From Acidobacteriota bacterium (lineage in GTDB: Bacteria; Acidobacteriota; UBA6911; RPQK01; JAJDTT01), in NCBI GenBank assembly GCA_965209055.1, contig OZ242374.1:1152001-1216000 (forward strand): 64,000 nucleotides of DNA. Direction: 5' to 3'. A program made the translations under genes and the position numbers. Position 1 is the first letter of the stretch. Each line of letters begins with the position of its first letter. Of this stretch, positions 39,612 through 49,439 are shown piece by piece. Below the pieces are notes generated by a model. That model worked only from the letters and a program-made list of their open reading frames with translations. It ran no database searches and was not told where the DNA came from.

Positions 39612-40934
39612 TCACACCGCCCGGTTGACGTAGTCGATGGCCCGGAGGCAGGCCACCCTCAACCCCTCCCGGCGGACAGTGCGGAAGAATCTCGCCGCCA
39701 GGCCCGGCGGACCCGGCGGATGCAGCGCGGCGTGAGATGCTACCCAGCGGAGGTCCCGGAACTCCCTCTCGAGAGTCCGGATCTTCTCCCGCAGGGCCTC
39801 CGGCAGGGAATCCAGTGACGCCGCGCTGGGCCCCAGGTCCAGCAGGGAACCCAGGTCGAGCGACTGCAGGAACTCCAGTTCCTCTTGGACGTAGCCCGGA
39901 TCGTCCACGATCTGCCGCAGCGGGTCGCCGAACAGCTCCACGATCTCCCGGTCGCCGCGCCGGCGCAGCGCCTGAACCTGGCGCCGCTTCTCCAGCAACC
40001 GCGGCAGCGATTGGAGCACGTCGTCCACGGCCACCAGGTGGTTCAACGAGTCCAGCAACCGCGACCGTGCGGTGGCGCCGCCCTCCTCCAGCCTGTGCCG
40101 CGTCTCGGACCAGAAGTAGAAACTCTCCTTGCGGACCCCCGAAAAATGCACCGCCCGCTTCACCGAGAGGACCAGGGCCAACGGCAGGATCTTCCGGAAG
40201 TTCTCCTCCTCGTAGTTCTTGAAGATGGTGAGCAGCGCGTTCCGGTGGATCAGGTAGCGGGTCTTCTCCGGGGCCTGGGTTTCCAACGTGGCATGTCCCC
40301 GGTGGCGCACCACCGAATCGGGGGCCAGGACCACGCGGTAGCCGGCCAGCCAGAGCCGCCAACCCAGGTCCACGTCCTCGAACAGGGCGAAGTAATCCGG
40401 GTCGAATCCCCCCAGCTCCAGAAAGACCTCTCGGTCCACCAGCATGGCCCCGCCGCAGGGGAACAGCACCTCCTCCCGGCGGACCGCCTTCTCCACCGCC
40501 AGGCCCAGATCCTCCTGCAACCCGTACCCCAGGTATTGCAGGGAGGAGCCGTTGTAGTCGATGCGGCTCCCCTCCCAGTCCAGGATCCGGGAGGCCACGC
40601 AGGGAGTTCGTGCGTCCAGCTTCTCCAGAGCGGCGGCCAGCCAATCCGGTTCCGGGCGCATGTCGTTGTTGATGAAGGCGACGCAGGACCCCTGCGCCGT
40701 CTCGGCCCCGACGTTGCAGGGCTGGGCGAAGCCGCGGTTGACTCCGTTCTCCAGCAACCGGACCTGGGGATAGCGCCTCCGCAGGAACTCCTGGGAGCCG
40801 TCGGTGCTCCCGTTGTCCACCACGATGACCTCGCCCGGTTCCAGCGCCAGCAGGGGAGGGAGCAGGGTCGACAGGTGGGATTTTCCGTTCCAGTTGACGG
40901 TGACGACCGTGACGTCACCGGGGGATGGGGACAT
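39612..40934 (-). CDS. Glycosyltransferase family 2
   Basis: VTVNWNG, FINNDM, GGFDPDYFALFEDVD. Confidence 0.9.
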   Translation of the reverse strand: MSPSPGDVTVVTVNWNGKSHLSTLLPPLLALEPGEVIVVDNGSTDGSQEFLRRRYPQVRLLENGVNRGFAQPCNVGAETAQGSCVAFINNDMRPEPDWLAAALEKLDARTPCVASRILDWEGSRIDYNGSSLQYLGYGLQEDLGLAVEKAVRREEVLFPCGGAMLVDREVFLELGGFDPDYFALFEDVDLGWRLWLAGYRVVLAPDSVVRHRGHATLETQAPEKTRYLIHRNALLTIFKNYEEENFRKILPLALVLSVKRAVHFSGVRKESFYFWSETRHRLEEGGATARSRLLDSLNHLVAVDDVLQSLPRLLEKRRQVQALRRRGDREIVELFGDPLRQIVDDPGYVQEELEFLQSLDLGSLLDLGPSAASLDSLPEALREKIRTLEREFRDLRWVASHAALHPPGPPGLAARFFRTVRREGLRVACLRAIDYVNRAV

Positions 40935-41874
40935 GGCGCGATTGTACGATAAGGCGTTTCAATTGTGCGTCCGTCACCCGCCGCTGGTTCCGGATGCGGC
41001 GCCTTAGGCGCAGCGTCTCCGGAAGCCACCGCAGGTTCCAGGCCAGGTTTCCCAGTTGCGCCCACTTCCGGCGCGCCGGCTGGCGCAGGGTGAGCAGCCC
41101 CCACAACGCCCGGGCCAGGTTGGAGCCCTCGTAGTTCTTGAGCAGCGAGCGCATGTTGTGGCGCTCTCCCAGGATCTCCCGCCAGAGGAGTCCGCGGTCC
41201 TCGCGGGTGGACGCGCTCAGGTGATGGTAGGCGACCGCCCGGGGCGCGGTGACCACCCGGAATCCCAGCAGCCAGAGCCTCCAGCAGAGGTCCACGTCCT
41301 CGTGGTACATGAAGAAGCGCGGGTCGAATCCGCCGGCCTCCCGGAAACGGATCCGGTGGAAGAGGGCGGCGCCGGCGCAGGCGAAAAGGACCTCCCGGCT
41401 CTCGTCGTACTGGCCCCGGTCCTCCTCTCCCATCCCCCGGTCCCAGGTGTAGCCCAGCCGGTTCATGCAGCCTCCGACCCCGTTGAGCCGGTGGGGCCGG
41501 TCGTACAACCTCAGCTTGGAGGAGACGGCCGCGACGGAGGGGTCCGCTTCGCCGGCGGCCACCAGCTCTTCCAGCCAGTCCGGCTCCAGGCGGAGGTCGG
41601 TGTTGAGCAGGGCCAGCCAGGTGCCGCGGGCTTCCTCGGCGGCCAGGTTGGCGGCCCGGGAAAAGCCCAGGTTCCGCTCCTGCGGGAGGACCCGGACCCA
41701 GGGGAACTCCCGCTCGACGTAAGCGGCGCTCCCGTCCCGGGAGGCGTTGTCCACCAGCAGCGTCTCCAGGGGCCGGCGGGTCTGAAGTTCCAGGGAACCC
41801 AGCAGTTCCTCCAGGTAGCGGCGGCCGTTGTAGTTGACGATGGCCACGGAGGCGGGCGCCCTGCGCGGTCCCAT
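40915..41874 (-). CDS. Glycosyltransferase family 2
   Basis: AIVNYNG, VDNAS.DGS, GGFDPRFFMYHEDVD. Confidence 0.9.
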   Translation of the reverse strand: MGPRRAPASVAIVNYNGRRYLEELLGSLELQTRRPLETLLVDNASRDGSAAYVEREFPWVRVLPQERNLGFSRAANLAAEEARGTWLALLNTDLRLEPDWLEELVAAGEADPSVAAVSSKLRLYDRPHRLNGVGGCMNRLGYTWDRGMGEEDRGQYDESREVLFACAGAALFHRIRFREAGGFDPRFFMYHEDVDLCWRLWLLGFRVVTAPRAVAYHHLSASTREDRGLLWREILGERHNMRSLLKNYEGSNLARALWGLLTLRQPARRKWAQLGNLAWNLRWLPETLRLRRRIRNQRRVTDAQLKRLIVQSRHVPIPR

Positions 41875-43925
41875 CACCGGCGTCTCAGCTTTTCCCGGAG
41901 GCGGAGGACCGCCAGTTTCCACAAGGGGACTTCGGTGCGCAAGTGCCGGATCTCCCGGCGCAGCAGCCGGATCAGCTTCTGCCGTTCGTTGATGAGGAAT
42001 CGGGTGTTCAGCCAAGCCTCGTCCCGTTCCTGAAGCAGTTCCCTGATCCGTTGGTGGAGGGCCGGAAACTGCGCGTCCCGGGCCAACGCCGAGAGGCCGC
42101 AGGCGGACGCGGATTCCGGGCCGGGCTCCGGGAACAGTGAAGTCAGGGAGTCCCGTTGGGCGTCCGAGAGAGGAGTCTTGGAGATCAGAAAAAGACTCCG
42201 GTAGGCCGGTTCGGCCAGATCCGCAACATAGCAGCTCCGGTTGTAGAGCCGGTTCAGGGAGGTCATGGAGGTGGTGTCGTTCAACTGGAAGTAGTGCTGC
42301 GTCAGCACCTGCATGGCGCGCCAGCGAGGCAGGTAGCCGCTGGGGAAGCGGTGGACCTCGTAGCCGGCCCGGTCTGAGAAGTGACTCTCCACCAGGTCGT
42401 GGGAAGGGAGTCCCAGGGTCCGATGCTCCTCCAGGAAGCGGCGGGCGTTCAGCAGTCCCTCCGCCAGCTCCTCCTCGGTCCGTTCCACGTCGGGCGTGGA
42501 GAAGGGGGCGCCGATCAGGATGAAGGAACGGGCGACACGGTCCAGTTCCGAGAGGAAATCGGGACGCCGCTCCGGTTCCAGGTGCTCCAGGACGTCCAGG
42601 GACAGCACCAGGTCGAAGGAGCCGTCGCCAAACGGCTGCTCCCAGGCCGGAGCCGGCGCGTGGTTCGGATGGTCGCAATGCCTCAGGTCGGTGGTTCGGA
42701 CCCGGACGGGCCTGCCCGTTTCCAGGCCGGAGAAGAAGTCCGCCGTGGTGGCCACGTGTCCGTCCCGGTCGCCCAACAGGCCGCCCACGTCCAGGATGGG
42801 ACCCTGGGTCAGCCGGGAACCCACCTGCGACGCGAGGCGGTACCGCTGGTAGAGGTCGAAGGGCAGGCCCAGGACCAGGCTCTCCCGGGAACAGGGCTCG
42901 GCGCCGATCTCCACGTCGTGGATGCGGAGCCGCGGTCCCAGGGGGAACGGTTCGAAGATCAGGTGGTGTCCCCCGGCGGCCACGCGGACCGGCGGGAGCT
43001 CCACCTGCACGGTTCTCCGCTCCGAGTCGAGGTGGATCTCGGCCAACGTGGAGCTGCCGGCGCGGACCCGCAGCGTCGTGAAGTCGGGCGAGGAGGAGAC
43101 GGAGAAGCGGGTCGTGATACGGACCGGTCCGGCCAGCCGGTTCAAGAGATAGAGGGCCGAGGAGTTGCCCCGCATTTCCCGCGATCCCGCCTCCAACGCC
43201 GACCATCCCCAGCGCGGCAGCGCCTCCAGGGGACCGTCGACCGAGACGAATTCCGGTTCGGGGCCATAGTAGTCGTGCCGCCAGGCCGCCGCCCGCTCAG
43301 CCGCTGGAGACCCCTTGAACGCCGCCAGGAACTGGAAGTTGTAGGGAGTCACGGAGAAGCGGTAGGTCACGTCCAGGTCCAGCTCCTCCAGCGCCGAGAT
43401 CCAGAAGGAGGGGGGCCGCTCGAAGCAGTGGGTCGGCTCCGGCCGCCGGAAATGGAGAGGATCCGGGGTGGCTCCCGCCATCAGTCCGTCCGGGCCCAGC
43501 ACCCGCACCGCCTCCCGGAGGCAGGCGCGCGGGTCCGGAAGGTGCTCCAGCAGGTCGAACAGGGTGACGACGTGCGCGCATCCGTCGGGGAAAGGGAGTT
43601 CCTGGGCGTCTCCCTGAACCAGGAAGGGACGCGCCGGAGGGTGTTGGGAGAGCGCGTAGCCGCTCAGGTCGAGCCCCACCGCCCGCCGTCCGGACCCCCG
43701 GACCGCCTCTGTCAGGTACCCGTAGGCACAACCCAGCTCCACCAGCAGGCCCTGGGGCTGGATGGCCTCCAGCAACTCGATCCACGGACTCCACTCCGGA
43801 TGCGCCCGGGCGTAACCCTCCCGCGGGTACCCGCTGGTTTTGCCGTGGAAGTAGTCGTGATCGTAGAGGTCGCGGTGTTGGCGAAGGCCGGAAGAATCGC
43901 CCCAACTCCCCCTCCCGGCTCGCAT
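41874..43925 (-). CDS. Double class I SAM methyltransferase with C-terminal coiled coil
   Basis: ELGCAYG and LDVGG motifs, two D(L/V)LEHL motifs; start uncertain. Confidence 0.8.
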   Translation of the reverse strand: MRAGRGSWGDSSGLRQHRDLYDHDYFHGKTSGYPREGYARAHPEWSPWIELLEAIQPQGLLVELGCAYGYLTEAVRGSGRRAVGLDLSGYALSQHPPARPFLVQGDAQELPFPDGCAHVVTLFDLLEHLPDPRACLREAVRVLGPDGLMAGATPDPLHFRRPEPTHCFERPPSFWISALEELDLDVTYRFSVTPYNFQFLAAFKGSPAAERAAAWRHDYYGPEPEFVSVDGPLEALPRWGWSALEAGSREMRGNSSALYLLNRLAGPVRITTRFSVSSSPDFTTLRVRAGSSTLAEIHLDSERRTVQVELPPVRVAAGGHHLIFEPFPLGPRLRIHDVEIGAEPCSRESLVLGLPFDLYQRYRLASQVGSRLTQGPILDVGGLLGDRDGHVATTADFFSGLETGRPVRVRTTDLRHCDHPNHAPAPAWEQPFGDGSFDLVLSLDVLEHLEPERRPDFLSELDRVARSFILIGAPFSTPDVERTEEELAEGLLNARRFLEEHRTLGLPSHDLVESHFSDRAGYEVHRFPSGYLPRWRAMQVLTQHYFQLNDTTSMTSLNRLYNRSCYVADLAEPAYRSLFLISKTPLSDAQRDSLTSLFPEPGPESASACGLSALARDAQFPALHQRIRELLQERDEAWLNTRFLINERQKLIRLLRREIRHLRTEVPLWKLAVLRLREKLRRR

Positions 43926-44088
43926 GGCTGGCCAGCACAATACCACGCCACCCAGGCCGATTCCACGGAGGAGAGACGACCGGAGCGGCGACATTCCTGT
44001 CGCCGGGAGTGGCGACATTCCTGTCGCCGATTGGAGCGACGCCGTTCCCCCATCGACACTTCAAGCCGGGGAAACAGGACCCCCCGTC

Positions 44089-44484
44089 CTAATTCGTGCT
44101 GATCCTCTGGACGAAAGCGTCGCGCAAGCCCGTCAGCAGTCCTTCGACATGCGCCATGCGTTCCCGAAGTTCGCCGATATGGGAGTCGATCCGTACCATA
44201 TGCCCGCGCAGACCCTGCATCTCGTGCCGCGTCTCCTTTCGCAGACCTTGGATCTCCTCCCGCATCTCGCGCCGCAGGCCTTCATTCTCCTCCCGCATCT
44301 CGCGCCGCAGGCCTTGATTCTCGTCCTGCATCTCGCGCCGCAGGCCCTGGTTATCGTCCTGCATCTCCTGCCGCAGGCCCCGCATCTCATTGCGGAGCCC
44401 TATGAAGGCGGTGAGGGTCAGCCCGGCCAAGCCGACACCAACCGCCACCACGGCTACCAGGACGCTCACCAGATCGATATTCAT
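44089..44484 (-). CDS. Small N-terminal-TM coiled-coil protein (131 aa, tandem 11-aa repeats)
   Basis: MNIDLVSVLVAVVAVGVGLAG; GLRREMxxENx repeats; ELRERMAHVEGLL. Confidence 0.85.
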   Translation of the reverse strand: MNIDLVSVLVAVVAVGVGLAGLTLTAFIGLRNEMRGLRQEMQDDNQGLRREMQDENQGLRREMREENEGLRREMREEIQGLRKETRHEMQGLRGHMVRIDSHIGELRERMAHVEGLLTGLRDAFVQRISTN

Positions 44485-44579
44485 TGCCCGAAACACTCAC
44501 ATGAGGGGACTTTCCTGTCCCCTTCCCAATCTCCATGGGAAGTTCGGCGGCTGGACCCCCCTTCTTGTTCTGAGAAAAA

Positions 44580-44712
44580 AGGGGCGATTTTCAAACGCCC
44601 GGTCTTTGTCGCGAGGTTTGTTGCCGCTCCGTGCGGCGGTAGGAAAACCGCCGCTCCACCGGCGACAGGAAAGTCGCCGCCCCGTGCGGCGGTAAGAAAA
44701 CCGCCGCTCCCG
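44580..44712. repeat. Cluster of REP-like palindromes
   Basis: GGCGGTAGGAAAACCGCCGCTCC, GGCGACAGGAAAGTCGCCG, GGCGGTAAGAAAACCGCCGCTCC. Confidence 0.75.
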
Positions 44713-44752
44713 CTCCCGGCATTTCGCCGGGCATGGGCCGGTGGGGAAGCTC

Positions 44753-44995
44753 CTAATTCGTGATGATCCTCTGGGCGATAGCGTCTCGTAATCCCTTCAG
44801 AAGTCCTTCCACGTGCGCCATGCGTTCCCGGAGTTCGCCGATATGGGAGTCGATCCGTCCCATGTGGCCGCGTATGTCACTCATCTCCTGCCGCATCTCC
44901 TGCCGCAGCCCTCGGACCGTGGTCAGAAACAAGCCGGCCAAGGTGATTCCCACTGCCACAATGGTGACCAGTACGCTGATCAGTTCAAGATCCAT
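44753..44995 (-). CDS. Small N-terminal-TM coiled-coil protein (80 aa)
   Basis: Shorter paralog of 44089-44484. Confidence 0.85.
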   Translation of the reverse strand: MDLELISVLVTIVAVGITLAGLFLTTVRGLRQEMRQEMSDIRGHMGRIDSHIGELRERMAHVEGLLKGLRDAIAQRIITN

Positions 44996-45178
44996 GATTC
45001 AGCTCCCTTCGCATCCCAAGTGGGCCGCCTCCCGGTCGTGGTGGACGCGAACTGCGCACATCCTGCGATGAACCGCCGGCGGTTCCCCGCTCTCAAAAGA
45101 TATAACGACGGCGAAGAAAAATCCGCGATCCGGTCTCTCGAATTCCCGCAGGAGGGGACATCCCGACCCCGATATTTC

Positions 45179-46387
45179 TCAATAGACGGCACTTGGACGA
45201 TCGCCGCCCCCGCTCCACCGATGCTCCATCCGGACCGCGCCCGACTCCCTGCCCCGCGAGCGAACGCTGAACGGAATCGACCTCCAACTTTCCGCCGCCG
45301 GCTCCTCCAGATGGGAACACGCCGCAACCAGAACCCGGTACCCGCCCGCCAGCAGGGGAACCTCCCGCAGCGTGAGCCGCCCCCGGTAACGGCCGCCGCC
45401 CAGAGGCTTCAGCTCTTCAATGCTGCGGGTCCGGGTTTCGTGGATGGTGAGGCCGTCGTCTCGCCGGATCGCCACCCGAAGGCCGGGCCGGCCCCGGAAG
45501 CCGGACGCGAACCCGGCGACGACTTCCAGCCGCATTGTATCGCCGGTCCGGAAGCTCTCGCATCGGGAGCCCGAAACGTCCTCCAGCCGGAGGCTTTCGA
45601 TTCTGCGGTCCGGCGGGGCGCCCGTACCGGAGATTCCGGCTTCCTCGCCGCGATCGGCCGACGCCTGCCCCAGGTACCGGCCGTAGTCCTCCACCACCGT
45701 AACGGCGTCCCCCTGCGATCGGGGCCGGCCCTCCCGGAGCCAGATCGCTTCCTCGCACAGGGTCTTGATCTGGTAGAGGTTGTGGGAGCAGATCACGATG
45801 GCCGCACCCCGCTTCTTGATGGACAGGATGCGGTCGGTGCACTTTTTCTGGAAGGGCTGGTCTCCCACCGCCAGCGCCTCGTCGATGACCAGCACGGCAG
45901 GGTCGAATCCGGTGGAGACGGCGAAGCCCAGCCGGACGTACATGCCGGCGGAATAGGTCCTCACCGGCTGGTCGATGAATTCCTCCAGCTCGCTGAACGC
46001 CACGATCCGGTCTTCCTCCTCCCGGACCAGGACCGGGTCCAATCCCATGAGAGCTCCGCTGAACCGGATGTTCTCGCGGCCGCTGAACTCGGGATGAAAG
46101 CCGGCGCCCAGGTCCAGCAGGGCGCCGACCCGGCCGTCCACGTCGACCCGCCCCGAGCTGGGGTGGGCGGCGCCCGAAACCAGCTTCAGCAGAGTCGTTT
46201 TTCCGGAACCGTTCTGACCGACCACTCCCAGGGCCCGGCCCGCCTCGACCTGGAAGCCGACCCCCTCCAGCGCCCGAATCCGGAAGCCCGGCTCCCTGCC
46301 GGTGAGGACCTGCCGGAGAAGACCCCGGGGGCTCCAGTGCACCCCGTAGAACTTGGAGAGGCGGACGGCCCGGACGGCGGGTCTCAC
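45179..46387 (-). CDS. wzt: Polysaccharide ABC exporter ATP-binding subunit with C-terminal domain
   Basis: GQNGSGKTT, YSAGMYVRLGF, IDEALAVGD. Confidence 0.92.
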   Translation of the reverse strand: MRPAVRAVRLSKFYGVHWSPRGLLRQVLTGREPGFRIRALEGVGFQVEAGRALGVVGQNGSGKTTLLKLVSGAAHPSSGRVDVDGRVGALLDLGAGFHPEFSGRENIRFSGALMGLDPVLVREEEDRIVAFSELEEFIDQPVRTYSAGMYVRLGFAVSTGFDPAVLVIDEALAVGDQPFQKKCTDRILSIKKRGAAIVICSHNLYQIKTLCEEAIWLREGRPRSQGDAVTVVEDYGRYLGQASADRGEEAGISGTGAPPDRRIESLRLEDVSGSRCESFRTGDTMRLEVVAGFASGFRGRPGLRVAIRRDDGLTIHETRTRSIEELKPLGGGRYRGRLTLREVPLLAGGYRVLVAACSHLEEPAAESWRSIPFSVRSRGRESGAVRMEHRWSGGGDRPSAVY

Positions 46388-47169
46388 AACAGGTCCACCA
46401 GTTGGTGCCGCGTCCGGTCCAGAATGGAACGCCCCAGCCGATAGAACGCGACGGAGATGACGACCCAGTAGAGCAACCCCCAGAGGGAGGGCTCCGGAGC
46501 GCCCAGGAAGGCGAACCGGTAGGCCTCCACCATGTGGGTCAGCGGGTTCAGCGAGAGGAGGAACCGGTACGGTTCCGGAGCCCGGCTCAAGGGGTAGACG
46601 ATGGGCGTGACCCAGAAGAAGAGCATGAACAGGACGCCCAGGAGCTGGGCCACGTCGCGAAAGAAGACGTTCAGGCAGGCGGCCATGGCGGCCAGCCCGT
46701 AAGTCATCAGGATCTGGACCACGAAGAGGGGGAAGATCAGGACCAGGAACCGGAAGTCGGTCAGTTGGGTGACCGCGAGCACCACGAGGAAGACGGCCGT
46801 CCCCAGCAACTGGTGCACGACGGCCGAGAACAGAACGCTGAAGGGCAGCGTCTCCAACGGAAAGCGCTGCTTCTTGATGATGTTGGCGTTCTCGATGAAG
46901 GTCCGGGCCGAGCGGACGACGCCCTCCTGGATGGCCATCCAGGGCAGCAGCGCCGCGAAGAGATTGAGGGCGAAGACTCCGGTGGAGGCCTCGGGCCCGA
47001 ACCGGACCTCCAGCACCAGCGAGAAGACCAGCGTGTAGAGAGCCAGTTGCAGGGCCGGATTCAGAATCGACCAGAACAGGCCCGCGACGGAGCCCACGTA
47101 CCGGCTCCTGATGTCCCGCGACACCAGTTCACGAATCAGGTGCTTGTGGCGCAGGAGCGAACTCAACAT
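46384..47169 (-). CDS. wzm: Polysaccharide ABC exporter permease
   Basis: RDIRSRY.GS..GLFW.ILNP; TPIVYP; LNPL. Confidence 0.92.
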   Translation of the reverse strand: MLSSLLRHKHLIRELVSRDIRSRYVGSVAGLFWSILNPALQLALYTLVFSLVLEVRFGPEASTGVFALNLFAALLPWMAIQEGVVRSARTFIENANIIKKQRFPLETLPFSVLFSAVVHQLLGTAVFLVVLAVTQLTDFRFLVLIFPLFVVQILMTYGLAAMAACLNVFFRDVAQLLGVLFMLFFWVTPIVYPLSRAPEPYRFLLSLNPLTHMVEAYRFAFLGAPEPSLWGLLYWVVISVAFYRLGRSILDRTRHQLVDLL

Positions 47170-47236
47170 GGTCCCGCGCCATTATAGGTCACCCGGACGG
47201 AGAACCATGGAGCGGGGACGTTCCTGTTCCCGCCTA

Positions 47237-47272
47237 CTACAGTTGCAGGACGTTGACCTCGGGAACGATCAT
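47237..47272 (-). pseudogene. Truncated VapC (PIN) toxin start
   Basis: ATGA-coupled to the antitoxin; MIVPEVNVLQL* then a REP-like hairpin. Confidence 0.55.
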
Positions 47273-47529
47273 CGCTGAATCTTTCGACCCGATTCTTCCA
47301 CTTCCAACTCGTCCACCAGTTGATTGAGCCGATTGATATCAATACCCGGCTTGAAGCCGAAGGCGTGGGGCTTCACTTGGAATCGAGACGTTTGAGGTGT
47401 ATTGGCCCGCATCTCCAACCCGATTCGCAAGGCATCGTTGACCACGGCTTTCATACTTCGGCCGGAACGGCGAATCTCCCGGCGCAGGAGCCGGGCGACA
47501 TCCGATTCGATTGTCAACGTTGTCCGCAT
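47269..47529 (-). CDS. VapB-like antitoxin (RHH)
   Basis: MRTTLTIESDVA...SMKAVVNDALRIGL. Confidence 0.85.
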   Translation of the reverse strand: MRTTLTIESDVARLLRREIRRSGRSMKAVVNDALRIGLEMRANTPQTSRFQVKPHAFGFKPGIDINRLNQLVDELEVEESGRKIQR

Positions 47530-47676
47530 GGGAGCCATCTTGATGACTCCTCGATGTGATGACAAGATTCCCGAGACAAATCACCCCTCACCCCGGCCCG
47601 GCCAATGGACGGGTCAGGCAGGATTCGCCCGCGAAATGGGTTGCCCTGGGGAGGACCGGACTGGATGTCCGGCCCC

Positions 47677-48027
47677 TCACGAAACTCCGGCCCGGACCTC
47701 CCGGGTGATCCGCGTCACCACGTGGTCCGGCGCCTCGTCGAGACTCCGCAGGAGATCGGCAAAGATCCTGGGCCGGCGGATCACGATCTCCTGGAGATCC
47801 CGGGAAACCCTTCCCGCCAGGGCCAACAACACGTCGGCGTCCTCTTCCAGGTCTGCCGCGAGCCGGCGAATGGTCCGTTCAGGCGGGGGCGGAGTCTGTT
47901 CGAATTCGACCTTGCTCAAGTACGCCGGTTGGACACCGGCTCGGGAAGCCACCATCCTCAACGAGAATGCACGGTTTTCACGCTGCCGCTTTTCCCGGAC
48001 CGTGCGAATGTGTTCTCCAAAAGTCAT
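47677..48027 (-). CDS. XRE-family HTH regulator
   Basis: FSLRMVA.RAGV.PAYLSKVE; paralog of 50417-50767. Confidence 0.85.
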   Translation of the reverse strand: MTFGEHIRTVREKRQRENRAFSLRMVASRAGVQPAYLSKVEFEQTPPPPERTIRRLAADLEEDADVLLALAGRVSRDLQEIVIRRPRIFADLLRSLDEAPDHVVTRITREVRAGVS

Positions 48028-48284
48028 CGTCTCCTCCTGGTCGTTTCCGATCGTCCAACGATCAAATGTGCACCAGGGGCTAGAAACTACACGATCCGGG
48101 TGACAGGAGGGGCGACATTCCTGTCGCCCCGTAATCGTTGTTGCTGTCCGATTCGGCGGACGCGGCTGGGGTCAAGCAGGACCAGCGGAATCAGGTGGGG
48201 ATGGGCGAGAGAATTTCAAGTCTCCTCGTCAATGTCGAGAAGAAACACGACCCGGATCACTCGCTCACCCCGTCGAATGACTGG

Positions 48285-49025
48285 TCACCGCCTACTCAGG
48301 CAAGCCGGACACATGCACGTTGTATTTCCGGGTTCTTTGTGGGCCAGACCATGCACCGTGCCTCCTTCTTGGTCAAACCTGTGGGCGATGAGATCAAAAT
48401 AGTTCGTGTCGCCTGATTGGTAACGCCGAAACGTAGCATAGGCTATGTGGTCGGCAAGCTGAATCACACGGGACGCTCGGGAGTCGATGAACATCGGCGT
48501 GTCGGCCAGATATTTTATGGCTCCCCATCGGGTGCCGGTGACTCGGAACCCAATCGCTAGGTTCTGGAGGGTGGTTTCATGCGTGGATTTGTCAAGGATT
48601 ACAAGGCCCCTTTGAGTGTCTCCACCGTCATGCAGCCGCCCCAAGTAGAGGTCAAACCTCTTCAAGAGGTCCTCAAAGGCAATTTCCATTGGGTCTCGAT
48701 CGGGGTAGGATGCCTTGTGTACTGCACAGGCAAAAGCTCGGGACGATTCGATTGAAGATGCAAGCACTTGAAGAACGGCTTTGATTGTGCCTCGTGCCTC
48801 GTTTGGCCCCATCCTTTTCCATGGCATTTTTCGGCGGGCGTAGATTTCCGAAGCATGAAACTCAACTCCGCTCGGATCTTCGGGGACAATTCCCTCTGCC
48901 AGTCTGTCCAGCTTGCGGGTGACCCAATGTGATTGTGCCTCGAATACCGAAACACCACCGAGGACCAAATACTGTTCGTTGACGTTACTCGCGGAGCCCG
49001 AATCGTCCAGATAGAGAAGATGCAC
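48285..49025 (-). CDS. DUF3800-like protein
   Basis: LLYLDDSG, EFHASEI, IQLAD motifs; lower GC than flanks. Confidence 0.8.
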   Translation of the reverse strand: MHLLYLDDSGSASNVNEQYLVLGGVSVFEAQSHWVTRKLDRLAEGIVPEDPSGVEFHASEIYARRKMPWKRMGPNEARGTIKAVLQVLASSIESSRAFACAVHKASYPDRDPMEIAFEDLLKRFDLYLGRLHDGGDTQRGLVILDKSTHETTLQNLAIGFRVTGTRWGAIKYLADTPMFIDSRASRVIQLADHIAYATFRRYQSGDTNYFDLIAHRFDQEGGTVHGLAHKEPGNTTCMCPACLSRR

Positions 49026-49439
49026 GGGGGAAAGAAAAATGCAGCCGGGTGAACCGAAGTTCAACGAACCGCCGTGGCAGCCCTCCCAACCGCAAAGTCA
49101 TTGTCGCATTTGCCGAGAATGGCTGTCAAATTTGTTTCCAATTCCGGCTCCGCCGATGTCACACGCTTGTCCTTCCTGGCCACTTGGGGCCAGGCTCCGT
49201 CTTATTCAACGACCGAAGGCATGAAACCGCGAATATGCTTTCGGGAGAGCTCATCACCGTGCTCTCCGGTGCGGACCGAGAACCGCGTGAGGGTGTCCCG
49301 GTGGGCCCCGGCCGGCCGCTCAACCGAACGGATGGAGCAGCCCGCCGGGAGCATTGGGACCTACCGCGCTGAGTCGCCATGAAGACCGGCGACAGGAAAA
49401 CCGCCGCTCCTATCGGCGACAGGAAAGTCGCCGCCGCTC

